31,100 nucleotides of DNA, taken from the NCBI RefSeq assembly GCF_003334765.1, contig NZ_QOWT01000040.1; one strand, given 5' to 3'. Source of the DNA: Escherichia coli (GTDB lineage Bacteria; Pseudomonadota; Gammaproteobacteria; Enterobacterales; Enterobacteriaceae). Below, piece after piece: positions 31,000 through 31,100 of the stretch (positions are counted from its first letter, which is position 1; each line of letters begins with the position of its first letter). The position numbers were made by a program, and so were the translations under genes. The notes beneath the pieces are model-generated. The model was not told where the DNA came from. It saw only the letters and a list, made by a program, of their open reading frames with translations, and did no database searches.

Positions 31000-31060
31000 A
31001 CGATAAAGTTTTTATATTTTTCGCTTGTCAGGCCGGAATAACTCCCTATAATGCGCCACC
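31000..31060 (+). promoter_or_regulatory. rRNA operon (rrnG-position) P1 promoter with an A/T-rich UP element
   Basis: TTGTCA (31025-31030), 16 nt, TATAAT (31047-31052), then the GC-rich discriminator GCGCCACC. Downstream, ACTGACACGGAACAACGGCAAACACGCCGCCGGGTCAGCG matches the rrn P1-P2 spacer from memory. An A/T-rich tract lies upstream. Confidence 0.85.
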
Positions 31061-31100
31061 ACTGACACGGAACAACGGCAAACACGCCGCCGGGTCAGCG

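Overview
Enterobacterial (E. coli-type) chromosome. I identified genes by reading the translated ORFs and recalling E. coli K-12 sequences; no database search was run. Positions ~6554-31100 are conserved core. In reverse orientation they are collinear with K-12 ssrA-smpB-ratAB-bamE-recN-nadK-grpE-yfjD-ypjD-ffh-rpsP-rimM-trmD-rplS-yfiB-yfiN-yfiR-yfiL-aroF-tyrA-pheA-pheL-raiA-bamD-rluD-yfiH-clpB, ending in the rrnG P1 promoter. The expected regulatory sites are visible: LexA boxes, sigma32 promoters, TyrR boxes, the pheL attenuator and terminators. Positions 1-6553 are an AT-rich accessory island at the 3' end of the tmRNA gene ssrA. From ssrA leftwards it holds a P4-type tyrosine integrase, then a translationally coupled three-gene operon. 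That operon encodes a large serine recombinase with no zinc ribbon and two paralogous 298-aa ParB/Srx-like proteins; there is no ParA. Further left are ~1 kb of ORF-poor DNA with palindromes and a GC-normal patch, an orphan small ORF, and the right end of an IS5 at the window edge. The recombinase + 2x ParB-like triad and its candidate cis sites are the best candidate for an undescribed system. It could be a defence system, a nested mobile element or an island-maintenance module; the sequence alone cannot decide.
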